From the NCBI GenBank assembly GCA_018056375.1, contig JAGPFQ010000001.1, positions 167,995 to 231,994 of the forward strand: 64,000 nt of DNA, read 5' to 3'. Of this stretch, positions 27,765-38,528 are shown in pieces. Position 1 is the stretch's first letter, and each line of letters begins with the position of its first letter. Below the pieces are notes generated by a model. It was not told the DNA's origin and made no database searches. It saw only the letters and a program-made list of their open reading frames with translations. Both the position numbers and the translations under genes were made by a program. The stretch is from Candidatus Dojkabacteria bacterium (GTDB taxonomy: Bacteria > Patescibacteriota > Dojkabacteria > SC72).

Positions 27765-29873
27765 TTACTTCTTAGCATACAACTTAATATCTACAACAAC
27801 AGCCCTCTCTTCATTTAACATAACAGGATTGATATCCATAGAAACAATCTCAGGATATGTCACAAGCATACTCTGTATCTTCATTATCAAATCTATCAAC
27901 TTCTCTCTTGCTAACTTAGGTTTACCTCTGTATCCATCAATTATCTTAGATACATTTGTTTCAGATAGTATTGCATCTACTTTCTCTCTTCTTTCTGGTA
28001 TTAAGATATGCTTAATATCTTTGTAAACCTCTGTATATATACCACCTTTTCCTACAGCTAGTAAGTGACCAAACCCTACTCCATCTTTCTCATAAATATG
28101 ACTATCACCCTCCCTATTTGCACCTATGAATATTTCTAAATTAGCTTCAATCATTTCTTGGATAAGGATATTAGGTGCAGGATTACCAGTAATCTTCATG
28201 ATAGTTTCTCTTAACTCCTCAAACTTCTCTTCAAACTCAGTTATTGTTCGTATATCAAGATAGAGAGCTTTGTAATCTGTCTTATGTGCTAGGTCATCTG
28301 CTGTTGCTTTGATTGCTACAGGAAAGATTGTTGATGCAAAATCTCTTGCTTCTTCTAAACTACTAGTAACAAGTTGTTTAGGATAATCTATCCAGAATTC
28401 GCTCATAATGCTAATGGCTAAAGAATCAGGTAATACTACAACTTCATCTGTATTCTCAACATACTCAAGAATCTCTCTCTTGTTTCTAGTCTTTTTAAGG
28501 AACTTACCAGCATCTATTGGTTTGTTTAGGTCTCTTCCCAACTCAAAGTTAACTAGTTTAGCAATTAGATGCATTGCTTCTTGTACATCATTAAACCATG
28601 GAGTTTTCTTTTCATCGAGAATCTTAAAACCTTTCTTAACTTCCTTTCCTCCTAAATAGCAGGCAAAGATAGGTTTTGGTGATTGAGACACTATCTCATT
28701 TATTGCTCTGGATGTTTCTTCTACTTCTGTCATTAACTGTGGTGTTAGAAGTACCAATACACAGTCTACATCAATATCTTCTAGCACTATCTTTATACTA
28801 TTAGCAAATCTATCACTTTTAGCATCTCCAAGTATATCGATTGGATTTTTAATAGATGCCTCAACTGGTAACTCTCTTTTTAGTTTTGCTTGTGTTTTCT
28901 CTCCTAGTTCTGTAATTTCTAGTTCTTCATTCTCAGCACAGTCAACAGCTGTGATACCTGGACCACCTGCATTTGAAACTATTGCAACCTTTTTACCTTT
29001 TGGGAAACTTGCATAATCTACTAATTCTATTAATTTGTATAGTTCTTCTGAATTTTCAGCTAGTATGATATTTGCTTTCTTAACAGCTGCTAGTACTGTA
29101 TCGTAAGAGGATGCTAGAGAACCTGTGTGTGATGAGATAGCTTCTTTTGATTTCTCAGAGCTTCCAGGTGCTATTAGTAATATTGGTTTCTTTGATCTCT
29201 GTACTATTGATACAAATTCTTTTCCATCAGAGAATTCTTCTAGATATATTGCTATTGCTTTTACTTCTGGATGTGAGATGAAGTATGGTATTAATTCATT
29301 TTCATTGATATCAGCTTTGTTGCCAACAGATATGACATGTGAGAAGCCTGAATTTCCTTCATTTGCCATATCTAATACTGCTGTACAGAATGCTCCAGAT
29401 TGTGATATGAATGCTACATTTCCATCTGGTGCATTCTCTTTAGCAAATGTTAGATTAATATTTGCTTTGTTGTTGATAAAGCCAAGGCAATTTGGTCCAA
29501 TTAATCTAATCTTTGCATTCTTTAGTTTGTTTGTAATTCTCTCTTCTAATTCTCTACCTTCTACACCAGTTTCTCCAAATCCTGCAGAGATGATAAGGAC
29601 TGTTTTTACTTTCTTCTCAATACATTGGTCTACTGATTCTTCTACCATTTGATATGGGAGAGCAATACATGCTAAGTCTACATTCTCTTCTATTTCTAGG
29701 ATTGAAGGATATGCTTTTCTTTCTTGTAGTACTTCATATTTAGGATTTATTGGATATATCTTCCCATTGTATCCACCTTCAATTAGATTTCTTAATAGAA
29801 CTGCTCCTACTTTTTCGCTGTCTTGGGAGACTCCGATGATAGCAATAGATTTTGGTGATAGTGTTTCTTCCAT
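27765..29873 (-). CDS. acetyl-CoA synthetase (ADP-forming), fused alpha-beta subunits
   Basis: CoA-binding Rossmann N-terminus, succinyl-CoA-synthetase-like flavodoxin domain, ATP-grasp C-terminus; 702 aa. Confidence 0.8.
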   Translation of the reverse strand: MEETLSPKSIAIIGVSQDSEKVGAVLLRNLIEGGYNGKIYPINPKYEVLQERKAYPSILEIEENVDLACIALPYQMVEESVDQCIEKKVKTVLIISAGFGETGVEGRELEERITNKLKNAKIRLIGPNCLGFINNKANINLTFAKENAPDGNVAFISQSGAFCTAVLDMANEGNSGFSHVISVGNKADINENELIPYFISHPEVKAIAIYLEEFSDGKEFVSIVQRSKKPILLIAPGSSEKSKEAISSHTGSLASSYDTVLAAVKKANIILAENSEELYKLIELVDYASFPKGKKVAIVSNAGGPGITAVDCAENEELEITELGEKTQAKLKRELPVEASIKNPIDILGDAKSDRFANSIKIVLEDIDVDCVLVLLTPQLMTEVEETSRAINEIVSQSPKPIFACYLGGKEVKKGFKILDEKKTPWFNDVQEAMHLIAKLVNFELGRDLNKPIDAGKFLKKTRNKREILEYVENTDEVVVLPDSLAISIMSEFWIDYPKQLVTSSLEEARDFASTIFPVAIKATADDLAHKTDYKALYLDIRTITEFEEKFEELRETIMKITGNPAPNILIQEMIEANLEIFIGANREGDSHIYEKDGVGFGHLLAVGKGGIYTEVYKDIKHILIPERREKVDAILSETNVSKIIDGYRGKPKLAREKLIDLIMKIQSMLVTYPEIVSMDINPVMLNEERAVVVDIKLYAKK

Positions 29874-29881
29874 ATGTTTTG

Positions 29882-30751
29882 TTAGTTACAATATTTTAAT
29901 AATCCAGTTATATCATATTCCCTAACTTCATCAACAAGTTCTGATTGTATCCCTTTTCGACTTTGTAGTCTATCGTAGAAGGTAGGAATGGTGTTATCCT
30001 GATGTATTACACCTGTATATATTTTACCTGTTTGGGACATATCTTTTGCTAATTTTAGAGCATGATCAATTGATGTTTTATCATACTCTTGTAGAGTTTC
30101 CAGCTTAACAATGTGCTCATTGAACCATTGTGGAGTGCACTCTTTATTGTATGTTGGACAGCTTTGAGCAATCTGTATAACACTACATCCTTTATGCTCT
30201 ATTCCCTCCTTTATTATCTCTGTTAGTTGTTGTGGGTCACCACTGTATGCTTTTGCAAAGAAAGAAGGTTTTAGAGAGAGTATGAAGTGATTGATATCTA
30301 AATCTCTTTCTGGTTTTCCTTCTGGTAGTGCATACATCTTTTTTCCTTGTTTTGTTGTTACTGTTGCTTGTCCAGTAGTTAGTGCAAAGTTTTGATTGTC
30401 ATGAATTAGAATGGTCATATCATAGTTGGATTTGATAGCATTGATTAAGTGATCTATACCCTCGTGGAAACATGCTCCATCTCCTTGGTCTGCAATGACA
30501 GTATATTTTCTGTTTGCTAGATGTGCTCCTGTAGCTAGTGCAACTGCTCTTCCATGTAATCCTTTGAATGCATATGTATTTACTGTATCTGCACCATTTC
30601 CATTACATCCAATATCAAAAGAGATGAATGCTTCTGATGGTGAGATATTTAATTCAGCTAGAGCTTTTTTAAGTGCTACATGGATAGCGAAGTTTCCACA
30701 TCCTGGGCACCATGTAGGTTTTCTTTCTGTGTTGTATATATTGATATCCAT
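29882..30751 (-). CDS. 2-oxoacid:ferredoxin oxidoreductase beta subunit (TPP-binding)
   Basis: CPGCG N-terminal motif, GDG TPP-binding motif. Confidence 0.85.
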   Translation of the reverse strand: MDINIYNTERKPTWCPGCGNFAIHVALKKALAELNISPSEAFISFDIGCNGNGADTVNTYAFKGLHGRAVALATGAHLANRKYTVIADQGDGACFHEGIDHLINAIKSNYDMTILIHDNQNFALTTGQATVTTKQGKKMYALPEGKPERDLDINHFILSLKPSFFAKAYSGDPQQLTEIIKEGIEHKGCSVIQIAQSCPTYNKECTPQWFNEHIVKLETLQEYDKTSIDHALKLAKDMSQTGKIYTGVIHQDNTIPTFYDRLQSRKGIQSELVDEVREYDITGLLKYCN

Positions 30752-30753
30752 AC

Positions 30754-32475
30754 CTATACCTCCTTTTTTTCTAAATAGTTAAGTATGTCTTCGATGAAGA
30801 ATGGTCTTCCATCGAATTTTAGTAGTTTTTCATTGAACTTGTATCCTGTTTCTTCTGTTAGTAGCTTTCCTAGTTGTCCTGTTTCATTGTTTTCAATTAG
30901 TATTAATCTTTTACCTTGTTCTATTAATTCTTTTAGTCTTTCTGTTTTAACTGGGTATATGTATTCATAGTGGAGATATCCAATATCTTCATTTGAGAGG
31001 GAGGTGTTTATAATATCAAGAACGGGGTTTTTAGTATTCCCTGAGCCTACTAATATAGTTGAGGCATCTAGGCTACCAAAGTATTCTGGTTCTGGTATTT
31101 CTGCTTTTAGTTTTTCTAACTTCTTTGTTCTTTTTTTACTCATTTCCCATACTTTTTGAGCATTTTCTGTTGAGTAACCTTCTTCTGTATGTTCATCACT
31201 TGTGTGTAGGTATGGTTTTTGATCTTTTGATGGTATCCATCTTGGTGATATTCCATCTGTAGTTAGTTGGTATCTCTTTTCTCCATGTTGTAGTCCTCTT
31301 TCAATTCTTTCATTAGGTGGTAGAGCATCCAGAGAGAAGAGTCCTTCTGCTATTTGTTTTTCTGTTAGTACAATTACTGGTAGTTGGTATTTGTCTGCTA
31401 TATTGAAAGCTTTTTGTATGAGTGTGAAAGCACTTTTTGCATCTGCAATCTGTATTACACATCTTGGGAAGTCTCCGTGTGCTATCTTTGTTGCTGCTGT
31501 TATATCTCCACTACCTGTCCATGTTGGAACTCCTGTACCTGACCCTATTCTCTGTGCTACAACTATGACTAGTGGTGTTTCAGACATTCCTGAACATGAT
31601 ATTGTCTCACACATGAGGTCAAATCCTCCTCCTGATGTGGCTGTCATAGCTCTTGTTCCCATGTACATAGCTCCCATTGTCATTTGTATTGCTGTTATCT
31701 CGTTCTCTGCTTGTTTTACCAATATTTTAGTATCATTGGCACTTTCTCCTAGGAATTTAAATATGGATGTGGCTGGTGTCATAGGGTATCCAAAGAATGC
31801 TCTCATACCTCCTGCTAGTGCTCCTAGACTGATTGCATCGTTTCCTGTCATAGTCATTTTTCTGTTATTAGATGTTTCTAACTCTTCTATATCAATATTT
31901 TCACTAAGGGTTGGTTCATAGAGAGGTGAGTTATACCCTGCTTGTAGACAGGCTCTCTCTGCATCCATATCTATATTTTTACCTTCAAACATCTCTTCCA
32001 CTGCTTCGTTTAGTATTTCTAAGTTCTGTTTTAATATTTTCCATATGAAGCCTGCTAGTACAGCATTTGCCATGATTGGAGGAGCATTGTTTTCTTTTGC
32101 TATCTCTTCTGAGTCTATGAGGATTACTTTAATGTTATTCTGTTTGATATATTCTTCTTCACTTGGAGTTAGTTCTAACTCTTTGCCATCATATATTACT
32201 ATTCCATTAGGTAATACATCTGTGATGTATTCTTCAAGGGATCTTTCAGACATACAGCATAGTATGTTGGTTTTAGAAGAAGAACTATTTATACTACTGT
32301 TTGATATATCTATTTGGTAGTTTGCAAAACCTCCTTTTATTAAGGATGGGTATTCTCGGTTGGAGAAAGTATAGTAGCCTGCTCTGTTTAGAGATTTGGT
32401 TAGGATAGTGCCAACACTATTTATTCCTTGTCCGCTTTCACCACCGAATTTTACTATTATTCTTTTTAAATACAT
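30754..32475 (-). CDS. 2-oxoacid:ferredoxin oxidoreductase alpha subunit with fused N-terminal gamma domain
   Basis: gamma-domain GGxGQG motif at the N-terminus, followed by the pyrimidine-binding alpha domain. Confidence 0.85.
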   Translation of the reverse strand: MYLKRIIVKFGGESGQGINSVGTILTKSLNRAGYYTFSNREYPSLIKGGFANYQIDISNSSINSSSSKTNILCCMSERSLEEYITDVLPNGIVIYDGKELELTPSEEEYIKQNNIKVILIDSEEIAKENNAPPIMANAVLAGFIWKILKQNLEILNEAVEEMFEGKNIDMDAERACLQAGYNSPLYEPTLSENIDIEELETSNNRKMTMTGNDAISLGALAGGMRAFFGYPMTPATSIFKFLGESANDTKILVKQAENEITAIQMTMGAMYMGTRAMTATSGGGFDLMCETISCSGMSETPLVIVVAQRIGSGTGVPTWTGSGDITAATKIAHGDFPRCVIQIADAKSAFTLIQKAFNIADKYQLPVIVLTEKQIAEGLFSLDALPPNERIERGLQHGEKRYQLTTDGISPRWIPSKDQKPYLHTSDEHTEEGYSTENAQKVWEMSKKRTKKLEKLKAEIPEPEYFGSLDASTILVGSGNTKNPVLDIINTSLSNEDIGYLHYEYIYPVKTERLKELIEQGKRLILIENNETGQLGKLLTEETGYKFNEKLLKFDGRPFFIEDILNYLEKKEV

Positions 32476-32492
32476 GGGTAGTTTTTAATATA

Positions 32493-33476
32493 TTATTGTA
32501 CACCAGTACCAATGTTACCATTTCCATTGAAGAAGACATAGTTGAATATGGAATGGGTGTATCTCTCTGCAGGGATTATTACTTCTTTTGCTCTATATGT
32601 TCCTCCACATGTTGCAGAGGCTTGGAGTTTGTATACATTAAAGTTTGCTGTACAACCACCAGGACCTAAAGGTGGTATAGGAGTGATGGTAAAGGTAAAA
32701 TTGACTTCTTGATTTATGGCTGTTAACCCTATTACTAAGATATCATTATCTAAATCTATTGGTAGTCCATCATTTGGGAATAGAGTCCAATTATGAGTAA
32801 AGTTAGGATTAAGACCAAATCGGTAGCTAATAGTGTCTTCGTAATTATATTCCCTAATACTACCACCTTCTTCATATATTTTGTTTACAACCAATCCGGC
32901 TTCGTTACTTGGATTATGAACAAATATTCCAAGTCTACAATTGGAAAAGTTCCTATCTTCTTTTAGAAATGAAAATGTTTGTCCTGGTTTTATTGTTATT
33001 ACATCACCGGGAGCTATTTGTGTTAAAGAAAGTGTATATTTGTTATCTAAACCTTCTATTAATGGACAGATATCTAGATTCTGTAAATTTAATGGATGTC
33101 CTAGTTGTGCAGTTAACTCTGTAATGTCTCTATCTCCACTCTCATAGCCAGCTTCTATACCCATTTGAGCATTAGTTTGAAAGACTAATTGACCATACTC
33201 CTCCTCAGGAGGATTTATTCCTTGACCTGCTTGGTAATATGTTTCTACATATGTTTTACCAAGCATACCTTTCTCTAACCATTGTTCTAATGTACTTAGT
33301 AAAAGATTGTCTAGTATCATATCTGATACTTGATATGCTTCTGCTGAGTTTCTTTCTTGTATAGCCATACTCTTTGATTTCTGTGATCTAGAGAATACAG
33401 CAAAACCAATCATCGAGGATATGATTAGTATTACCATGATTATTGCTAGTGCTTGTGCTTTGTAGTATTTCTTCAT
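32493..33476 (-). CDS. hypothetical secreted/membrane-anchored protein (last gene of the secreted-protein operon)
   Basis: 327 aa, N-terminal TM, no recognisable domain. Confidence 0.45.
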   Translation of the reverse strand: MKKYYKAQALAIIMVILIISSMIGFAVFSRSQKSKSMAIQERNSAEAYQVSDMILDNLLLSTLEQWLEKGMLGKTYVETYYQAGQGINPPEEEYGQLVFQTNAQMGIEAGYESGDRDITELTAQLGHPLNLQNLDICPLIEGLDNKYTLSLTQIAPGDVITIKPGQTFSFLKEDRNFSNCRLGIFVHNPSNEAGLVVNKIYEEGGSIREYNYEDTISYRFGLNPNFTHNWTLFPNDGLPIDLDNDILVIGLTAINQEVNFTFTITPIPPLGPGGCTANFNVYKLQASATCGGTYRAKEVIIPAERYTHSIFNYVFFNGNGNIGTGVQ

Positions 33477-33485
33477 ATTTATATT

Positions 33486-36400
33486 TTACAACGGTTTAAA
33501 TCCAACTTCTTTCTTGTATACAGATCTATCTACATCAAAGAAGTTTTCTGCAAATTTAGTATATTTAGGATGGTAGTTAATGATTAAAGCTGGTCTTAGA
33601 GGATTATCTGCACCTAGGTTTCTTTGTAGAACGAATGAAGGAGATTCTCCTCCAATACCAAAGGCAATTAGTCCTCCTACTAGTAATACTTGGTCATGGT
33701 TTTCACTTACAGCTGCATCTTGAGCTATCGTTATTCTCTCTTTAGCAAGTAGGAATGCATCTATTCTGTCTGTACCACCAGTAGCATGTCCATCGTTTAC
33801 AATGATGTTCTTTTCTGAGAATACAAATATTGCATCATTGTTACTAGTTGCTTGGAGAGCTCCTGTTATTGTTATGTTTCCTTGGGAATATATTAAAATT
33901 TTACCAGTGTATTTAAAACTTCCTATTGTTAAATCTTTGTCAGATTTAATATAGCATCCCTTATCGGAAGAGCAGTGCCAATGAGTTGCACTTGGGATTA
34001 TTTCATCTGACAGCTTTTTGTCCATAGATGAGTTTGCTTCTCTCTTTAGTGCTTCATAGAGGTTTACTTTGTTTTGCTCATTTGTATCTTCTACTCCTTT
34101 TGCTACTGCTGGGTTTCTATGCTGTTCTGTACCTCCAAACATGAGGACTTCCCTTATTGGGTCTATACCATTTGCTTTTGTTGTTAATAGTTCTGAACCT
34201 AAGTTGTAAAAGTTAATATTAGGTTCTAGTTTTTTAGTTTCGTACTTAACTGTACCTTCTGAGTAAAATATTCCTCCTTTGGTAGACATCCATCTGTTGT
34301 AATCAAAAGGATCTGGGTCATCTGGGAATGGAGGTTCATCTGGATCTGGGTTTTGGTCTTGTCTACCAGTTCCACCAAAGTTACATGCTCTGTCATAGAG
34401 GGTTACATCGAACTTCAATGTACCAGAGGCTGTGTCACCTGTGTTAACAATCATATTTGTGGAATTACCATTGGAGTTTGTAGGATGATACCAACCACTT
34501 GTAATTACGATATTACCTTGTGCATCATAGCCGATATTACCCATCTCATCTGCACTGAGATTACCTGGTATTACTGCTTTTACTGGAATCGGAAGTGTTC
34601 TTGTTACCTCCTTTTTAGATGAAGAGCTAACATTTACAACTGTATGAACAATTTGAGAGTTAGGATGTCCTTTATCTGTACTGGTCCATTTGAGTTGTAG
34701 GTTTTTTTGATCTTCTGTTGCAAGTCTATCAAGTGTTATTGCTGTTAATCTAGGATTTTTAAAATCAAAGTTCCATATCTGTCCTGTATTTTTAACAGAC
34801 CTAATATCTGCAAAGTATCCATGTGGTTGGGTTGGGAAGAGTGTTAGATTATCCATCATACCTGTCCATATTTGGTATCTACCAGACAATGGTATGTTCT
34901 TTTCAAATTCGATTTTAATTGTCATATCTGTTGTATCTGTAGGATTTTGTGCATTCTTTACACTTTCCAGTGTTATTGTAGCTATTTTTGTTCTTTTACC
35001 ATTATTGTTTACATATATGTATGGTTGTTGAATATTTGAGTTCTGTGGTACATCTCTACCCCAACCTTCAAAACCATTTCCATTATGTGATTTATATATG
35101 CCACCCATGGTATGAACCATTATCCCTATCTTATTTGGGTCTGATAATGTTGCACCTGGTCCTACGCCTGTGAGTGTGTTTCGTTCATTATCGATTGTAC
35201 TTCCTTCTTTAACTAACCAGAGTACTGCAGCATTTATTCTGTGGTTTGCATCATCTTGTTCTGCTGCAAGATTAGTATTTATATCTCTTCCCTTTATTGT
35301 AAATGTGAGAATTCTGTTAGCTTCATTACCAGTGTATCTTGCTTCTGGTGTACATCCTTTAGCAGTGTTACCGGTTGTATTGCCTGTTACAGTTGTAGAG
35401 ATTACAGTAGGTGGTGTGTTTACTACGAAGTTGACTGATTTTGTAGTACCTTTGACCCAATTATCATCACATTTGTTTAGTGTTTCAAAAAAGGAAGAGA
35501 GTGTACCTTGATTTCCAGGGTTAAGTGATGGTGCTGTAGTTGGGATGTTGATAAAAGAGTTGAAGGGATTATCAACATTTAAGGTTCTTAGAATACCATT
35601 TAGTGTTACTCTTAAACCTCTTGCAGTGCTAGGTATACCAGGATTGTTTGTTTCTGTCCTTATCTCTGATGTTTTGTATGGATATCGAATTACTGTTCTT
35701 CTTGTAGAAGAGAGTGGTTGGTATGTCGTCCATTCGAAATTATTAATACCTAATCTTTCATATATTTTAATACTTGTAACATCAGCAGGAGATATGTTTG
35801 TTTCTGGTTTATAACAACTTTTGGTATTACAAATATTCATACCTCCACAACCGTTTTCTTGTATACAGTATGCATCTTGTCCTTTACATAGAGGACCTCC
35901 TTGTTCTGTCATTACATATTGATTATATTCTGTGGGGTCAAATGGTTGATTAGCTTCTTTGCAGTTATCCTCTACAACACATTTATTTGGAGGACATTGG
36001 GGTGTACAACCACCTCCTCCACCTCCTCCACCATGGCAACATTGTCCACTAAACAGTGTTCTTCCGGAATATTGATCAGGAAAGCCTCCTGGAATACAAT
36101 TACAATCATAATATGAAGGGATCGTTGGTGGACAACTGCCTGAATCACAAACCCCAACATCAAAACAGGGAGCAGTAGATCCTCGTTTGCAACACAAAGA
36201 TTCGTTATAGCAATAACGACCAGATGGTTTATCTCGACCTTGACATCTTTTATTAACACAATCTGTTATGCATCGAGGATCCTTTGTACATGTTTCTGGG
36301 GTTTCTTTTCTACATACACCGTTTGATACATCTTCATATGTCCAGCCTATTACAGGGGGTGGTTCTTGAGAGCACTCAAAAATAACTCCTTGAGGTGTTT

Positions 36401-36671
36401 CCCTATATCCTTCTGATCGACATTGTATTGAGACAGTTTCATTTACTTTTTTTTCATGTCCTCGCCCATCACACAGATAATAACTTCCAGGAAACTTAGG
36501 AGCAAAATCACCATAAGGACCATAACAGAGAGCAGGTATTACTCCTGTCTCATGATAACAATCATATGTTACATATGCAAATGATTGTTTTGATTTCAAA
36601 AACAGAGTAAATACTACTAAAACAAGTAAAAGACTTAAAAACAGTTTTTTAGTTGTATTTTGGACAGTCAT
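33486..36671 (-). CDS. large secreted protein with extremely Cys-rich N-terminal module and Gly8 tract
   Basis: signal peptide; about 36 Cys in the first ~260 mature residues; CHGGGGGGGGC; long beta-rich C-terminal region. Confidence 0.6.
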   Translation of the reverse strand: MTVQNTTKKLFLSLLLVLVVFTLFLKSKQSFAYVTYDCYHETGVIPALCYGPYGDFAPKFPGSYYLCDGRGHEKKVNETVSIQCRSEGYRETPQGVIFECSQEPPPVIGWTYEDVSNGVCRKETPETCTKDPRCITDCVNKRCQGRDKPSGRYCYNESLCCKRGSTAPCFDVGVCDSGSCPPTIPSYYDCNCIPGGFPDQYSGRTLFSGQCCHGGGGGGGGCTPQCPPNKCVVEDNCKEANQPFDPTEYNQYVMTEQGGPLCKGQDAYCIQENGCGGMNICNTKSCYKPETNISPADVTSIKIYERLGINNFEWTTYQPLSSTRRTVIRYPYKTSEIRTETNNPGIPSTARGLRVTLNGILRTLNVDNPFNSFINIPTTAPSLNPGNQGTLSSFFETLNKCDDNWVKGTTKSVNFVVNTPPTVISTTVTGNTTGNTAKGCTPEARYTGNEANRILTFTIKGRDINTNLAAEQDDANHRINAAVLWLVKEGSTIDNERNTLTGVGPGATLSDPNKIGIMVHTMGGIYKSHNGNGFEGWGRDVPQNSNIQQPYIYVNNNGKRTKIATITLESVKNAQNPTDTTDMTIKIEFEKNIPLSGRYQIWTGMMDNLTLFPTQPHGYFADIRSVKNTGQIWNFDFKNPRLTAITLDRLATEDQKNLQLKWTSTDKGHPNSQIVHTVVNVSSSSKKEVTRTLPIPVKAVIPGNLSADEMGNIGYDAQGNIVITSGWYHPTNSNGNSTNMIVNTGDTASGTLKFDVTLYDRACNFGGTGRQDQNPDPDEPPFPDDPDPFDYNRWMSTKGGIFYSEGTVKYETKKLEPNINFYNLGSELLTTKANGIDPIREVLMFGGTEQHRNPAVAKGVEDTNEQNKVNLYEALKREANSSMDKKLSDEIIPSATHWHCSSDKGCYIKSDKDLTIGSFKYTGKILIYSQGNITITGALQATSNNDAIFVFSEKNIIVNDGHATGGTDRIDAFLLAKERITIAQDAAVSENHDQVLLVGGLIAFGIGGESPSFVLQRNLGADNPLRPALIINYHPKYTKFAENFFDVDRSVYKKEVGFKPL

Positions 36672-36677
36672 AGTGCT

Positions 36678-38507
36678 TTATTTATAAAAATCTGCTTTAC
36701 TCGCTGGAGTATAAATAGCATTAAGTACTTGTTTTAATTTCTCAAAACCTTCAGGTGATTTAGGGCTGTAAAACACACAGGATGTAGCATCTTCAGATAA
36801 TGGTTCTTCTTCTCCCTTCTCCCAGTCTAAGTGTTTTTGATATACCTCCTCTATTCTTTTAAGACTTGCTTCTAATTCTCCTTCTTCTAGTTCACTTTTA
36901 ATATAGTAGGTTACATATCCAACTCTTCCAGTATATCCATCTTTAATTCCTGTCATATCTCCTATTATGTAATACTCTGTTTCTCCATTCTCTCCTTCTT
37001 GGAAAGTTAAGACAACATCATTCTCTGGTGCATTACCACCATCTATAGTAACTCCACATGTATGCTCATCTGAAAGAGTTACACCCAAACCTATTGGGGC
37101 TCCATGCACCCTAATCTTCTCACCTACTTTAGAAGGTGTACGAGTAGCTATATTGTTTTCATTAATTAAGAGATGTGTTAAAGTTGCCACGAGCGTATCG
37201 AGAGTCCCATTATTACCTCTTGGCCAGTTAAGTAATCTCTTAAATTCCTCTGTACTTATAATCTTTGCAACCTCTACTATTGAATACTCTTCCCCTGCTT
37301 TAAATGGTCCATTTTCCTTTTGATATTCTAAAAGGTTTCTAAAAAAGAGAGAGAGAACTAATTGTTCAGTAGTACTACCTTCTGCAAAGAGATTTCCAAC
37401 AGCAATTTCTTCACTTTCAGAACTTTTGGTAAAATTGATAGTTTCTCCTTCCTCTGTTTCTGCAGAGAGTACTACCACACCTACAGCAACATTCATAGCA
37501 ACTCCAGAGTGATTCCTAAGAGTCCCTACGGTGACACTCTCACCATTCTCACTTGTAATCTTTCTAGTTTCTAATAGTTCAAACTTTGTTTTTTCTGGAA
37601 TATCAAGGATTGTGACATGGTTCCAATAAGACTCTTTTACTTTATCTTCTCCAAATTCTCCCAATGAGAATAAAGGTAATTCATATAAGACAGTCCTGTA
37701 TCCTTCTTTAACTTCTACAATATAACCAGGTTCATGTTTTTCTATGTTGCTTGCTTTAAGTTCTCCTTCCCATTGCATAATGTCTAACATAGAATAATCA
37801 AACTCTTGTGGATCTATCTCTGGTATAGGTGTAGGTGTTGGGTCTAATGTCATAGTAGGTGTAGGTTCTAATGTTGGTGTTGGTTCTATCGTTTTTGTTG
37901 GTACCTCTTGATTAGGAATAGTTGTGTCTTCTATCTCCACATCGTTAGGAATAGAAGTGGAAGAAGATATAGGTATGTGTTCTTTAGGTTGTTCTACCTC
38001 TTTTACTGTCTGACAAGCAGGTGCAGATAATATGAAAGCTAAAGGTGCAGTAGTACGGAATATAGTCTCTGCTACTTCCTTTGGTGTTACATTGTATAAG
38101 GAATTAAGTACTTTATCTCTAACCCTTTTAAAAGTATCATCTTTTTCTCCTTTTACTGACTTCTGAGATTCTTGTAAAGCAAATTGAATGTAACTTCCAA
38201 CTGCATTACGAAAATCATCTGTCTTTTTTTCATCCCACTCTTCCATACCATCTACTAGGTCTTGATAGTCTTTCCTCAATTTCTCTCCATTATCTTCTTC
38301 ATATTTGTCATCTTGCATAAAACCAGAATTGGCAAGATGTTTTTTTAACTCAGCTAATTCCCATGTAGACATTTCACTTTTACCACTTTGTCCAAATGAT
38401 ATGACATCATCTATTTCAGAATCTATCAGCCAATCATCTATATGTTCTGTGTTGTTATAATTATTCGTGGCAGTTTGGTCGAACTTGTTTTTTTCTATAT
38501 CTCCCAT
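36678..38507 (-). CDS. hypothetical protein with acidic N-terminus, Pro/Thr-rich linker and C-terminal domain
   Basis: 609 aa; EPTPTLEPTPTMTLDPTPTP linker; no recognisable domain. Confidence 0.45.
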   Translation of the reverse strand: MGDIEKNKFDQTATNNYNNTEHIDDWLIDSEIDDVISFGQSGKSEMSTWELAELKKHLANSGFMQDDKYEEDNGEKLRKDYQDLVDGMEEWDEKKTDDFRNAVGSYIQFALQESQKSVKGEKDDTFKRVRDKVLNSLYNVTPKEVAETIFRTTAPLAFILSAPACQTVKEVEQPKEHIPISSSTSIPNDVEIEDTTIPNQEVPTKTIEPTPTLEPTPTMTLDPTPTPIPEIDPQEFDYSMLDIMQWEGELKASNIEKHEPGYIVEVKEGYRTVLYELPLFSLGEFGEDKVKESYWNHVTILDIPEKTKFELLETRKITSENGESVTVGTLRNHSGVAMNVAVGVVVLSAETEEGETINFTKSSESEEIAVGNLFAEGSTTEQLVLSLFFRNLLEYQKENGPFKAGEEYSIVEVAKIISTEEFKRLLNWPRGNNGTLDTLVATLTHLLINENNIATRTPSKVGEKIRVHGAPIGLGVTLSDEHTCGVTIDGGNAPENDVVLTFQEGENGETEYYIIGDMTGIKDGYTGRVGYVTYYIKSELEEGELEASLKRIEEVYQKHLDWEKGEEEPLSEDATSCVFYSPKSPEGFEKLKQVLNAIYTPASKADFYK

Positions 38508-38528
38508 ATATGTTTGTATAATAATATA

